From a bacterium (GTDB lineage Bacteria > UBA8248), in assembly GCA_965213685.1 (NCBI GenBank), contig CBDBZY010000045.1:24684-88683 (forward strand): DNA of 64,000 nt, given 5' to 3'. Each line of letters begins with the position of its first letter. Within the stretch, counting starts at the first letter, position 1. This document shows positions 49,274 to 60,200 of the stretch, piece after piece. Under the pieces are notes generated by a model. It worked only from the letters and a program-made list of their open reading frames with translations. It ran no database searches and was not told the DNA's origin. Made by a program: the position numbers and the translations under genes.

Positions 49274-50488
49274 ATGAACACAACCCCCGCGAATACGGGA
49301 AAGCCGTCCATGCGCACCTTGCCCTGGACGGGAACGGGCCTCATATTTTTCGCGCATTTTGTGGTGGATAGCCAGGCGAATTTCTTTGCGCCCCTCGTTC
49401 CCCTGCTCCAGGAAAAACTGGGCATGGGCATTACGACGGTCGGATTCCTGATTTCCCTCCAGGCCGTGAGCGGCTCCATCTCGCAACCCGTCACCGCCCT
49501 CGTCGTCGACAGGTGGCCCTGGCTGCCGTGGCTCGCCGTGGGCCTGCTCGGGAGTTCCATCGCCTTTACGGCGATCGGATGGGTGACGAGCGTATACGGC
49601 CTGGCCGTCGCACTCACCACGGGAGGAATTCTTTTCGGGCTCTGTCATCCGGACATGGCCGCGCGCGCGGGCCGACTGAGCTCCGAGCACGCCGGCTTCA
49701 TCGTCAGCCTGTTCGTGACGGGGGGGAGGCTGGGTTTCGCGATTGGTCCGCTGATTGCCATCTTTCTGGCGGAAACGCTGGGCATGGAGCATTTGTGGGT
49801 GTTTGTCTTCGTGGCCCTGCTCGCCATGTCGGGCGTGAAATGGGGAATGCCCGCTCCTCCCCGGAGAGGGAGAAAAGACGGGAAACGAGGGGATCGGGAA
49901 GGGTTGGCGGCGGCGCTGAAATCCGTTCGCGCTCCGATGATGCTCCTGTTCGGCATCGCCATCGTCCGGGGGACGACCCTGGCGAATTTGGGGGGATTTT
50001 TGCCCGCGGTGTTTTTTGACAAGGGTCTGGGGCTTTGGCGAGGCGGCATGGCCAACGCGGTCATTTTTTTCTCGGGCGCCATCGGCGTGATGCTCGGGGG
50101 CATCATGGGCGACAGATACGGCAAGCCCAAGGTCATCGCCATCGGCGTCGGATGCGCCCTGGTCGGGATGCTGGCGTTTCTGCTCTCGCCCCTGGAGTGG
50201 GCGTATGCCTCTCTCGCCATCATCGGCGCGGGGGTTTTCGTGCCCATGGGGGTCTCCGTCGCGTTGGCGCAGGAATACCTGCCCGAACACAGGGGATTCG
50301 CAAGTTCCCTGATGCTGGGCGGCGGCTGGATATTGGCCGGCTTGACGGCGATTCCCGTTTCCTTGCTCGGAGAGAAAATCGGGATGCTGAACGCTTTCTG
50401 GGTGATTCCGTGCGTCCTGCTTGTGGGCCTCGTTCTGGCTTTGGTGCTGGAAAGGCAACAAAGCCCCAGGCCCGAGCCGGCGGTTTGA
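49274..50488 (+). CDS. MFS transporter (Fsr-like)
   Basis: HFVVD, QP, HP, GGRLGFAIGP and DRYGKP motifs; about 12 TM segments. Confidence 0.85.
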   Translation: MNTTPANTGKPSMRTLPWTGTGLIFFAHFVVDSQANFFAPLVPLLQEKLGMGITTVGFLISLQAVSGSISQPVTALVVDRWPWLPWLAVGLLGSSIAFTAIGWVTSVYGLAVALTTGGILFGLCHPDMAARAGRLSSEHAGFIVSLFVTGGRLGFAIGPLIAIFLAETLGMEHLWVFVFVALLAMSGVKWGMPAPPRRGRKDGKRGDREGLAAALKSVRAPMMLLFGIAIVRGTTLANLGGFLPAVFFDKGLGLWRGGMANAVIFFSGAIGVMLGGIMGDRYGKPKVIAIGVGCALVGMLAFLLSPLEWAYASLAIIGAGVFVPMGVSVALAQEYLPEHRGFASSLMLGGGWILAGLTAIPVSLLGEKIGMLNAFWVIPCVLLVGLVLALVLERQQSPRPEPAV

Positions 50489-50770
50489 GAGAGGGGGGGG
50501 ATCCTGTTCGCGTCGCCTGGAATGCGCACGGCGTCTGAAGCGGTTTGCCGGTATCCGGGAAACGGTGGGGGCGGGGATGGGGAGTGGGCGCAGGGTGTAA
50601 AGACGCATGCAAGTATGATAATGTGTTGCCCCTCCAAGGGAAAAATGGCCGGAGAAACCATGACCGGAACGGTGGCTTTCCCCTGAAGTCTGCTTGCGCG
50701 CGGCGGGTTTCCCGCCGGGTTTTTCAGGTGGGCCTTCGGGCCCATGAACCCCGAGAAGGAGGATTTTGGA

Positions 50771-51766
50771 ATGAAGAGCAGAAGTGTGTGTCTTGTTGTT
50801 GGCATGGCCGTCGCGGGAGTGTTGCTGGCTGCTTTTTCCGCGAGCGCGGCCACGTTTCGCATCGGCCATCATCGCGCCGTCATGGGGTCTGTTACCGTAG
50901 TCGCCTACAAGATGGGCTACTTTGATCAGACCATCGGCAAAGGAAAGTATACGGTCAAGCAGTTCCCCCAGGGCAAGTTGATGCGGCAGGCGATTCTGGC
51001 GAACTCCCTGGACGTGGGCGGGGCGGCCGACCGCGCCTTCCTCTCCGCCATCGCGAAGGGCGCGAACGCGCCCGGCATTGCGAACGCCAACTACTGGTGC
51101 AGGTCGAACAAGATTCTCACGGACCCGAAGTCTCCCATCAAGACCCTGGCCGATTTGAAGGGCAAAAGGCTGGGCATCGGAAAGGCCACGGGCTCCTATT
51201 TCACGCTGACCACCTTCATCCTGCCCAAATACGGCCTGAGCGAGAAAGACTTCACCACCGTGAACATGAACACCGACACCCGCATGGCGGCGCTCAAGTC
51301 CCGGACGGTGGACGTGATAGGCCTGAATAACCCGCAGGCCGCCATCGCCATCGACAGGGGCTGGGCGCGCACGGTGGAGACGTATTGCAAATACGCCAAC
51401 AACCTGTGGATTTTGATGGCCAACGGAAAAACCCTCAAAAAAGACAAGGACGTGTATACGAAATTTTTGAGAGGCTATATTCGCGGCATGAAGCTGCACA
51501 AGGAGAATCGGGACAAATTCGCGCAGGTCTACCTCAGGCACCTGCAATCGAAGGGCTCGAAAGTCAAGCTCAAGATCGTGAAGGCGTCGGTGAACGACCT
51601 GGATTTCGGCCTTCTCCCGAACGAGACGGATTACAAGTGGTTTGACTTCATGGGCGAGGTGCTGGTGAAAAAGCGCAAGGCGAAGCGCGTGGTGAACCTG
51701 CGCAAGGAGGGCATGCATCTCAGCATGGTGAAAAAGGCCATGGCGGCCGAGGGGTGGAAGAACTAG
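50771..51766 (+). CDS. ABC transporter substrate-binding protein (SsuA/TauA/NrtA-like)
   Basis: Signal peptide ending ASA, FPQG, LDVG and IKTLADLKGKRLG motifs. Confidence 0.85.
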   Translation: MKSRSVCLVVGMAVAGVLLAAFSASAATFRIGHHRAVMGSVTVVAYKMGYFDQTIGKGKYTVKQFPQGKLMRQAILANSLDVGGAADRAFLSAIAKGANAPGIANANYWCRSNKILTDPKSPIKTLADLKGKRLGIGKATGSYFTLTTFILPKYGLSEKDFTTVNMNTDTRMAALKSRTVDVIGLNNPQAAIAIDRGWARTVETYCKYANNLWILMANGKTLKKDKDVYTKFLRGYIRGMKLHKENRDKFAQVYLRHLQSKGSKVKLKIVKASVNDLDFGLLPNETDYKWFDFMGEVLVKKRKAKRVVNLRKEGMHLSMVKKAMAAEGWKN

Positions 51767-51788
51767 AACTTGATCGAAGCGCGTCACC

Positions 51789-51829
51789 AAGGGCCGCGGC
51801 CGGCGGATACGGGCCGCGGCCCTTTTTTT
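51789..51829 (+). terminator. Rho-independent terminator
   Basis: GGGCCGCGGCC...GGCCGCGGCCC hairpin followed by T7. Confidence 0.85.
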
Positions 51830-51937
51830 GTCTGCCTGGGGTTTCCCCCGTGAAGCGTTTTGTTTTGCGCCCCGCCTTCCATGACGGATGACGGAAAACG
51901 CCGCCTCCTCATGGGGGTGGGAGCGGCGCGCCCGCCC

Positions 51938-52594
51938 TCACGGCTGCTTGACGATCCGGATGTAGGGGAGGGGCGTCTCCCAGCCATCGGGATATTTCTT
52001 CTTCGCGTCCTCATCCGAAACGGCTGGCAGGATGATCACGTCTTCGCCCTGCTCCCAGTTCGCCGGAGTCGCCACCTGCTCATCCGCCGTCAGCTGGCAG
52101 GAGTCCAGCAGCCGCAGGATTTCGCTGAAGTTCCGTCCCGTGCTCATCGGATAGGTCAGCGTCGCCTTGATCTTCTTGTCCGGCCCGATGACGAACACCG
52201 AACGAGCCGTCGCGTTGTGCATCGCCGTCCTACCCTCCGACGTGTCGCCCGCATCGGCCGGCAGCATGTCGTATGCCTTGACCACCTTCAGCTCGGGATC
52301 GCCGATCAACGGATAGTTCACGGCATGGCCCTGGGAGTTCTCGATGTCCTTGGACCATCGTTCATGATCGGAGACGCCGTCGACGCTGATGCCGAGCACC
52401 TTGCAGTTGCGCTTCTCGAACTCCGGCTGGAGCCCGGCCATGGTTCCCAGCTCCGTGGTGCAGACCGGCGTGAAATCTTTCGGATGCGAAAACAGGATGG
52501 CCCAACCATCGCCGATCCACTCATGCAGCCGGATGGGGCCTTGCGTCGTGTCGGCGGAAAAATCTGGCGCTTCATCGTTGATTCGTAGCGTCAT
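51938..52594 (-). CDS. 1-Cys peroxiredoxin (Prx6)
   Basis: FSHPKDFTPVCTTEL, YPMSTGRNF and ATPANW motifs. Confidence 0.95.
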   Translation of the reverse strand: MTLRINDEAPDFSADTTQGPIRLHEWIGDGWAILFSHPKDFTPVCTTELGTMAGLQPEFEKRNCKVLGISVDGVSDHERWSKDIENSQGHAVNYPLIGDPELKVVKAYDMLPADAGDTSEGRTAMHNATARSVFVIGPDKKIKATLTYPMSTGRNFSEILRLLDSCQLTADEQVATPANWEQGEDVIILPAVSDEDAKKKYPDGWETPLPYIRIVKQP

Positions 52595-52813
52595 TCTCTC
52601 GCTTCCTCGGTTAGTAAAGGGGGTATTAAAGTGTTCCTCTCTCATTTTCCTGTGCATGCGCCAGCTGGGTGCGCGCGGCACACAAGGCGGAGAATAGCCC
52701 ATCGCACCGGCCGGCGCAATTTCTTCCGGACGCTGCGCAAAGAGCGGAAAAATGGCGTCGTGGCGGGAGTCCCCCGAGGGGTGTGCGGAGCGGAAGGGAA
52801 CCCGGGAGCGGAG

Positions 52814-52887
52814 TGGCTGGGGGAGGAGGATTCGAACCTCCGTACCCAGATCCAGAGTCTGGTGTCCTGCCGCTAGACGATCCCCCA
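52814..52887 (-). tRNA. tRNA-Gln (CTG)
   Basis: TGGGGGATCGTCTAGCGGCAGGACACCAGACT-CTG-GATCTGGGTACGGAGGTTCGAATCCTCCTCCCCCAGCCA. Confidence 0.97.
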
Positions 52888-52953
52888 GAACGGCCTACGG
52901 GATGTTTATATGTATGCGTCCCCCGTTCGTCAAGGAGGATGAGAAAATCATTT

Positions 52954-54363
52954 TCATGGATGGATTCTCGCCAGTGCGGCGTCGAGGCGATGGATGGTTC
53001 TGTCCCTGCCGAGAAGATGGATCGTCTCAAAAATGCCGGGGCTGACGGTTCCGCCCGTAATCGCCACGCGCACGGGTTGGGCCAGCTTGCCGAGTTTGAG
53101 ATTCTCCTCCTCGAGGACGTCGTGAAAGGCGGACTGGACATTTTCGGCGGAAAACGTATCGATCCTGGCCAATGCGTCCCGCAGTTTCGTGATGGGCACC
53201 AGCATTTCCGGCTTCAGGAATTTCGACGCGGCCCCCTCGTCCGGCGCCGTTTCCTCATCAAAGAAAAAACGGGCGCCCTCCACCATGTCTGTCAAGGTTT
53301 CCGAGCGTGTCCTGAGTTCGTCGACGACGCCCCTGCGCGCCTCGGGTGCGAGCGCGTCCGGGGACAAGCCCCTCTCCCGCAGTCCCGCGTCCAGGTATTC
53401 CACGAGCCGATCTCCGTCGGCTGATTTGATATATTCCTGGTTCACCCACAACAATTTCTCCGGGTTGAAGATCGCAGCCGACCTGTTCAGGTTCTCCAAG
53501 GCGAAATGCGCGATGATCTCCTCTCGGGAGAATATCTCCTGATCCCCGTGGCTCCATCCGAGCCGGACGAGATAGTTGATCAGCGCTTCGGGCAGAAACC
53601 CTTGTTTTTTGTATTCCAACACCGAATCTGCGCCGTGGCGTTTGGAGAGTCTTTTCTTGTCGGGGCCCAGGATCATCGATATGTGGGCGAATTTTGGCGT
53701 TGGCGCGCCGAGTGCCCGATAGACGAGAACTTGCTTGGGCGTGTTGGACAGGTGGTCGTTTCCGCGTATCACATGGGTGATGCGCATGTCGATGTCGTCG
53801 ACGGCGACGCAGAAGTTGTAGGTGGGCGTGCCGTCGGTGCGAACGATGACCATGTCATCGAGCTGCGCGTTCTCGAACGCGACGTCGCCGGCGAGGACGT
53901 CCGCGACAGTCGTCTCTCCCGCATCCGGGACCCGGAGGCGGAGACAAAACGGGGCGGTCGGCTCCTCCTCGTAGCGGTCCCTGCAGGTGCCGTCGTATTT
54001 CGGGGTTCTCCCCTCGGCGCGGGCGCGGGCGCGCATGGCGTTCACTTCCTCCGGCGTGCACGTGCACCGATAGGCGGCGCCGGAGGCCAGGAGCCTGCCA
54101 GCCGCCTCCCGGTAAATATCCATGCGCGCGGATTGCCGATGCGGCCCCTCGTCCCATTCCAGCCCCAGCCAGTCGAACGCCTCGAGGATGGCGTCGTAGT
54201 ATTCTTCCGTGGAGCGCCGCCGGTCGGTGTCCTCGATTCTCAGGATGGCCGCGCCTGCGTGACGCCTCGCGAAAAACCAGTTGAACAGCGCGGTTCGCGC
54301 GCCGCCGATGTGGAGGTGGCCCGTGTTCGATGGCGCGAAACGGACTCGAATGGCGTCGCTCAT
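52954..54363 (-). CDS. gltX: Glutamate--tRNA ligase
   Basis: RVRFAPS..GHLHIGG, LRIEDTD, HVIRGNDH and LSKR motifs. Confidence 0.97.
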   Translation of the reverse strand: MSDAIRVRFAPSNTGHLHIGGARTALFNWFFARRHAGAAILRIEDTDRRRSTEEYYDAILEAFDWLGLEWDEGPHRQSARMDIYREAAGRLLASGAAYRCTCTPEEVNAMRARARAEGRTPKYDGTCRDRYEEEPTAPFCLRLRVPDAGETTVADVLAGDVAFENAQLDDMVIVRTDGTPTYNFCVAVDDIDMRITHVIRGNDHLSNTPKQVLVYRALGAPTPKFAHISMILGPDKKRLSKRHGADSVLEYKKQGFLPEALINYLVRLGWSHGDQEIFSREEIIAHFALENLNRSAAIFNPEKLLWVNQEYIKSADGDRLVEYLDAGLRERGLSPDALAPEARRGVVDELRTRSETLTDMVEGARFFFDEETAPDEGAASKFLKPEMLVPITKLRDALARIDTFSAENVQSAFHDVLEEENLKLGKLAQPVRVAITGGTVSPGIFETIHLLGRDRTIHRLDAALARIHP

Positions 54364-54537
54364 GAAAAGAGTGTCCTGTATGGCCATACGCCGGGTTCGA
54401 CGAGACAGGAGGGGATTCTAGGGATGGTTGGCGCCGGATTGCAAGGCGGATATGGTGCGGCTCTTGCCGCCGACGCCCGGAGAAGTCCACAATCGGAAAA
54501 TCCATCCCATCCATCCCCAACGAGGAGGAGCGCGCGG

Positions 54538-54870
54538 ATGCGGTATTTTTACGATCTCGCGGAGGTGGCGCCGCAAAGGATGCCGGGCAGGGAGCGCAGA
54601 CTCGTCGTCGGCGAGAACGTCATGATGTTGTATGTCGAGAGGGAGGGAGGCACGGAGCAGGAGCATAGCCACGACGTGGAGCAACTCGTGTATCTCCTGA
54701 AGGGGGAGGCGACGTTTACCGTCGCCGGCGACGAAACCCGCAAGGTCGAGGCGGGTCAGGTGGTGCACATCCCCAGGGGGGTGCCGCATCGGCTCGACGC
54801 GCCGACGCCCATCACATACATCGGAATTTATTCTCCTTTGCGCGAGGAGGCGATTCGCGCGGAGGCGTGA
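54538..54870 (+). CDS. Cupin domain protein
   Basis: EHSHDVEQLVYLLKG and GQVVHIPRGVPH motifs; GAGGAG RBS. Confidence 0.85.
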   Translation: MRYFYDLAEVAPQRMPGRERRLVVGENVMMLYVEREGGTEQEHSHDVEQLVYLLKGEATFTVAGDETRKVEAGQVVHIPRGVPHRLDAPTPITYIGIYSPLREEAIRAEA

Positions 54871-54908
54871 GGGTCGGGGTGCTACGGCGAAGCGTCGCGC
54901 GGGGTCTT

Positions 54909-55304
54909 CTAGCCGGGGGGCGTCCACCCCTCGTCCCGGAGCTCATCCATGGCTTCCAGCATACAGGTGACCCCGTAGGTCAGCACCTTGGAGCCTGCCG
55001 GGTTCACGCAGACCATGAGCGCCTCCGCGATTTCCTCGGGGTGCAGGCCCAGTTGCAGGCCTTTTTTCAGGTGTTGTTTCAGATGGGGCTGGTTGTGGGG
55101 GTTGGAGCCCTCCACGGCGAGGGCCAGAATATGAAACAACTCGTGCATCCGCTCATCGAATCTTCTCTGTTTCGCGCGAATGATTTCATCGAGACGCAGC
55201 AGCGCCTCCATGTAGTCGGGAAATTTTTCGGCGATAAACTCGTGCGCCGGATATCGGCGGCCCCTGCGCTCTGCAATTTCATCGGCGAGTTTTTTTCCTG
55301 ACAT
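54909..55304 (-). CDS. Carboxymuconolactone decarboxylase family protein
   Basis: ELFHILAL, HLKKGLQLGLHPEEIAEAL and PAG motifs. Confidence 0.75.
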   Translation of the reverse strand: MSGKKLADEIAERRGRRYPAHEFIAEKFPDYMEALLRLDEIIRAKQRRFDERMHELFHILALAVEGSNPHNQPHLKQHLKKGLQLGLHPEEIAEALMVCVNPAGSKVLTYGVTCMLEAMDELRDEGWTPPG

Positions 55305-55325
55305 GGCGAACCCCTATGGTCGGAA

Positions 55326-55697
55326 TCATTCGATCTCGTCAAAGAAATCCAGATCGTCCAACGGCTTCTTCCGCCCTTGCAGCGTGTCCAGCAAAACTTG
55401 CCGGAGGGCGCGTATGGCGCGGTTTCTCGCCTGGCGGTCGATCATCTCATAGACTATTTCCGTGGCTCCGTCGCCCTGGGCGTCCAGAACCCTGCGGGAG
55501 GATTGCTCCGCCCATGCGTTGGCGTAGCGCTGCAGAATCTGGCGCAGGCTCGCCTCGTAGACCCTCTCCTGCGTGACGCGATCCAGGATGTGAACGATGT
55601 CGGAGGCGAAAGCGTCCACCCTCTCCCGGGGAATTTCCGCTTCTCCGAGATGCAACATGAGCCTTTGGTAAATCTGCTCGCGAAAATCCAAGTCCAC
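55326..55697 (-). CDS. Hypothetical protein
   Basis: Plausible composition; fills the gap in a minus-strand run; no family recognised. Confidence 0.6.
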   Translation of the reverse strand: MDLDFREQIYQRLMLHLGEAEIPRERVDAFASDIVHILDRVTQERVYEASLRQILQRYANAWAEQSSRRVLDAQGDGATEIVYEMIDRQARNRAIRALRQVLLDTLQGRKKPLDDLDFFDEIE

Positions 55698-55785
55698 TCC
55701 GCAAGAGGGCCGCCCCGGGCGGCATGCTCAACTCAAAATGTCGCGCCTTCGTCCAAAAAAGGCAAACGCATGGCGGCCGCTGGCT

Positions 55786-57069
55786 TCATGCGTTCCGTCC
55801 TCTCGCCTCCGGCGTCAGCCAAAGCAGGGCGCCTCCCAGAAGAAAAAAGACGAGGACGGACAGTATCGCCAGCCTCTGGTTTCCCGTGAGCGCGGAAACG
55901 CCCCCGAAAACGATTGGCCCCAGAACCGAACTCATCTTGCCGCAAACCCCGTAAAACGAAAACGATTGCGCAGATCGGTTTCCGGGAATATAGCTGGCCA
56001 TCAGCGCCCTGCTTGCCGATTGGCTGGAGCCAAGGGAAAGCCCCGCCAGCAGGGAGACGCTCAGGAAAACGGATTTCGTGCTCGTGAAATAGGCGGCGAT
56101 GACGACCACGCACCAGTTGGCCAGCGTCAGCAAGATCGTTTTTCGGGGACCCCAGCTGTCCACGAGGTATCCCAACGTGAAGGCGCCGATGCCGGCCGAC
56201 ACCTGAACCGCGATGAACAGGCCCAGCACCTCGTTCATGGTGAATTTCAGCGTCGAGACGGCGTAGATGGAGCTGAAGGATATGACGGTGACAATTCCGT
56301 CGTTATAGAGAAAAAAGGCGAGGAGGAACCTGAGTGCGCCCGGAGTTTTTCTGATCTCCCCCAGCGTTCGCCACAATTCGGCGAAAGCCCCCTTGGGGTT
56401 CTGTTGTTCCGCGGGCCTTGCCGGTGCCTCGCGCAGCCAGAATATGAGTGGAAGCGAGAAGAGGCCATAAAACCCGGCGACCGCGACGAAGCTCAGCCGA
56501 AACAACGGAAGATTCTCCGGCGAGAATCCTCCGGCCAAAAAAGGTTTGACCAGAAAGAGGCAGAGCAGTCCGCCGAGGTAGCCGAGCCCCCAGCCCCAGC
56601 CGCTGATCTTCCCGATGGTCTTTCGGGTGGATACGTCGGGCAGAAAAGAGTTGTAAAAGATGAGGGAGCTTTCAAACGCGGCCGTGGCGATGATGAAAAG
56701 GAGCATTCCGGCCAGGATCATGCCGGTCGTCACGCTCGCCAGAAGGGCGGTGGCCAACACGCAGACATAGGTGTAAAGGAGCAAAAAGCGTTTGCGGTGA
56801 CTCCTGCTGTCCGCGATGGTGCTGAGAGGCGGGGTGATCGTCACGCTGATGATCATGGCCAGGGAGAGGGACAATCCCCACAGGAAGTCCGCGTTTCCGC
56901 CGCCGCCGGCTACGATTTCCTTGAAATAGACGCTATACGCGACCGTGATGATGAGCGTGGGAAAGGCGGAGTTCGCAAAGTCATACATGCACCAGGCGAA
57001 GATTTCCCTGCGTCGATTCGGCTGCCGGTGGCTGGAGCTGGTGGCGGGCATGGGGTCATGGTCTTTCAT
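55786..57069 (-). CDS. MFS transporter (UMF1/Atg22-like)
   Basis: AWCMYDFANSAF, FYNSFL, SGWGWGLGYLGG, FLYNDG and QSASR motifs. Confidence 0.9.
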   Translation of the reverse strand: MKDHDPMPATSSSHRQPNRRREIFAWCMYDFANSAFPTLIITVAYSVYFKEIVAGGGGNADFLWGLSLSLAMIISVTITPPLSTIADSRSHRKRFLLLYTYVCVLATALLASVTTGMILAGMLLFIIATAAFESSLIFYNSFLPDVSTRKTIGKISGWGWGLGYLGGLLCLFLVKPFLAGGFSPENLPLFRLSFVAVAGFYGLFSLPLIFWLREAPARPAEQQNPKGAFAELWRTLGEIRKTPGALRFLLAFFLYNDGIVTVISFSSIYAVSTLKFTMNEVLGLFIAVQVSAGIGAFTLGYLVDSWGPRKTILLTLANWCVVVIAAYFTSTKSVFLSVSLLAGLSLGSSQSASRALMASYIPGNRSAQSFSFYGVCGKMSSVLGPIVFGGVSALTGNQRLAILSVLVFFLLGGALLWLTPEARGRNA

Positions 57070-57250
57070 ATGGACTCATGTGGAGGTCGCGCTGGCTGTA
57101 TGCGGATCGAAATGGTTTCCCCGGAAACGGGAGCGGGAATAAAAAACCTTGTATTTTGATGATAATATACCCCATGAAGGGGGCGTGGGGTATCGGGATA
57201 CGTTCCTCATAGCCCATCGCCGCTGACCGCCTTTCCCGCGTGAGTCGCAC

Positions 57251-60200
57251 ATGCGTCGATTGCTGAGATGGGCAATCTGGAGTGCCGCCGCATTCCTCGT
57301 TGTCGTCCTTGTCGGGGTCGTTGCCGCGCGAATTTTCCTCTCCCCGGATGAGGTTATCAAAATCGCGGAGGCGGAGGGGCGCAGGCTCCTGGGGAGAGAG
57401 GTCTCGATCGGGCGCCTGCGTCTGGGCTTGTTCCGGGTTCAGGCCAGCGGAATCGTCATCGGCGGGGAGGGGGAGCAGGGCGAGGAGGGCGAGGCGAAGA
57501 ACGGCAAGCCCTTCGTCCGCATCCGGGACGTGGATGTATTCCTGAACCCCTCGACCTTGATGTATCGGCGCATCAGCATCATGCAGCTCACCGTGCGGGG
57601 CGTCTCCGCCCGGGTGAGGGGGCATGCGGATGGCGGGTTCAACTTCCAGGACATCATCGAGCATTGGAGTCGACAGAAAAAAAAGGCGATCCTGGCGCGA
57701 GCAGCGAAACATCTCCCGCCGCTCCCCGCATCCGCCGAAGCGGCGCAGGCCGACGCGCAAGGCGTTGCGCCGTGGTTCGATTGGACGATTCACGAACTCG
57801 ACTTGTACGACGTGAGAGGCGAATTCCGCTCTGACGCCGGCGGCGCCTCCTGTTCTTTTTCCCACATAGAAGTCGACAAAATCAGGCCGGGCGAGCCATG
57901 GGACGTTTTTTTCGACGGGGCATGCCAGAAACCGGGCGCGCGGCAGCAAATGCAGCTCCGGGGCGATTTACACATCGACACGGAGAAGCGGAATTATCGC
58001 GCGTCGCTCGAAATACCCCTGCTGGACTTCTCCCTCATCGAATCGCTAGCGCCGCAAGCGGAAGGCTATCGTTTGCGGGAGGGAATTTTCGCGGGGAGCC
58101 TGAGGGTCGCCCACGCCGCCGGCGGCCCGACCTTCTGGGATGTCGACTGGAAGGGGAAATCCATCCAGGCGGATTTTCGGGCGGACCCGCGGGGCGAATG
58201 GCGAAGATGGGCCTTGCCCGAGTTCGGGCTGAAGACAAAAGGCCGATACGATTCGTCCGGAAGTTCCGCCCGCATAGAATCTTTCCTCTTGGAAACGCCT
58301 TTTGCGGCCGCGAAATTGACGAAGCCCGCTCGGTGGAACGTCTCGGCGAAGGATGAGGTGCATGCCGAAGTGCGCGTGGACGACGCGGGCGAGGCGGGCC
58401 GCTGGCTCTCCCGAATCGCGGGCGTGCCGCCGCCCGAATTCGGGAAGAAGACGATGGCGAGGATGGCGCTGTCGATGAAGCGGGACCGCCGGAGAACGCC
58501 GGACGATGTCAGGATCGAGGTGACGTCCCATCTTGATCCGGCAGATCTGGTGCTGCCGGGCGGGTTTCTCCCCCTTGCGGACAACGTCTCGCGGGTGCGG
58601 GGAAACATCGGCGGAAAGGCGCGCGCCGTTTTCGTTTCCGGCAAGCGGGTGTGGTGGGACGTGGACCTGAAGGCGCGGGAGGTGGGCGCCAGCGTGCGGC
58701 TCGAGGAGGATGGGCGGTGGGAAGTCGTGCGGTTCGGGGAATCCGCTTTCCGATCGCGCGGAACGTTCGACCTGCAGAGTGGATCCGCGCGAATCAACAC
58801 CCTGGAAATCGCGTTGCCATTTGCGAGGGCGGGGCTGAAAAAGCCCGCCAGCTGGAATGTGTCCGGTGCGGATGAAGCCGCTTTGTCCGTGGAGGTGAAT
58901 GACCTCCCGTTCGTGGCGGATTTCCTGGAACGGCTGGGGGTGGCCTCGCTCGGGGACGTTTCCGGGGATGCGAAAATACGCCTGGACGCCGCCGTGTCGC
59001 GGAATCGAAAAACTCCCCTGGCGTTCCACGTGGATGCGCGCGCGCGTTTTGACTCCCTGCCCGTTGCGCCACTCGTCGGTTTGGCGCTCCTGCCCGACCG
59101 CATCCGAAAGCCGGAAGGGCGGCTTGGCGGGGAGTTGCAAGTCTCTCTCCGCGCGGATGGCGTCGTGCGCTGGCGCGCGAATCTCGCCACAGGAAGAATC
59201 GGCGCGCAGGCCCGGACGGACCCCGGGGAGGAATGGAGGGACGTCCACCTGGACTCCTTCGGCCTGCAGGCGCATGGCGCCTACCTTCTCCCGGATGGCT
59301 CCTGGGAGATAGAGGCGTTCGATTTGCGTCTTCCCTTTGCGCGGGCATACCTGCATCGCCCGGCTTTCTGGAACAAAGGGGGCAGGGATGCGTTTCGGGG
59401 GACGCTTGCGGTCACGGATTTGGGCGCCGCCGAGGCCTGGTTGGGGAGCCTGATGGCGCATTCTGCCGGATGGGGGAGCAAGGGGGGGAAACTGACCGTC
59501 TTGGTGTCCGCGGAGCGAGACAGGAGGGATGGGGCTGGTTTTTCCTGGGAGGCGTCCGCCTTGTTTGATCCCCTCCATCTTGCCCCTTTGTCGAAATTCA
59601 CGGGGCTTCCTCCCGTTCTCCGCACCCTGCGTGGAGAGGTCACCGGCAAAGCGGAATTCGCGTATCTTCCGGAGAAGAAGATGCGCTGGCACCTGGACCT
59701 TGCGAGCCATAACTTGGACGCGCAATTCCTCGCGCTGATAACCGGGAGGTGGAGGCCGCTGCGCACGGGGAACGTCCGCGTTCAGGCCGCCGGTGCGTAT
59801 GACTACGAGAATGAATCCGCCAGATTGCGGCGCTTCGCGGTTTCCCTGCCATTCGGCCGCATCGAAATGCCAAGGCCCGCGCACTGGAACAAGAGCGGGA
59901 TGGGCGCAGGCCGATTCCGGTGGGACATATCGAATCTGGAGGCTGCGGCGCCATTTCTCGGAGGCGTTTTGGGAGAACCGGTGTCGGAGTTGTCGTTGGC
60001 GGGGAGGGCCAGTGGCCGGGTCGCCGTTTCGGGAAGCGGAGGAAAGACGCCGGGCGTTTCGACCAGATGGTCCGTCGCGGCGCACCTGGAGTCGGTCGGC
60101 CATGCCCGCTACCCCAACTGGAACATGGCGGGTAGCGTTTCTGCGCAGGTGGGCGATGGCGTCCTGAAGTTGCGTGCACCGGAGTGGAGGGTGAATGATT

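Noticed and set aside
50651-50729. Canonical glycine riboswitch
   Set aside because: Lacks the CACCGAAG and bulged-A arrangement and a second aptamer; kept only as an unassigned structured leader.
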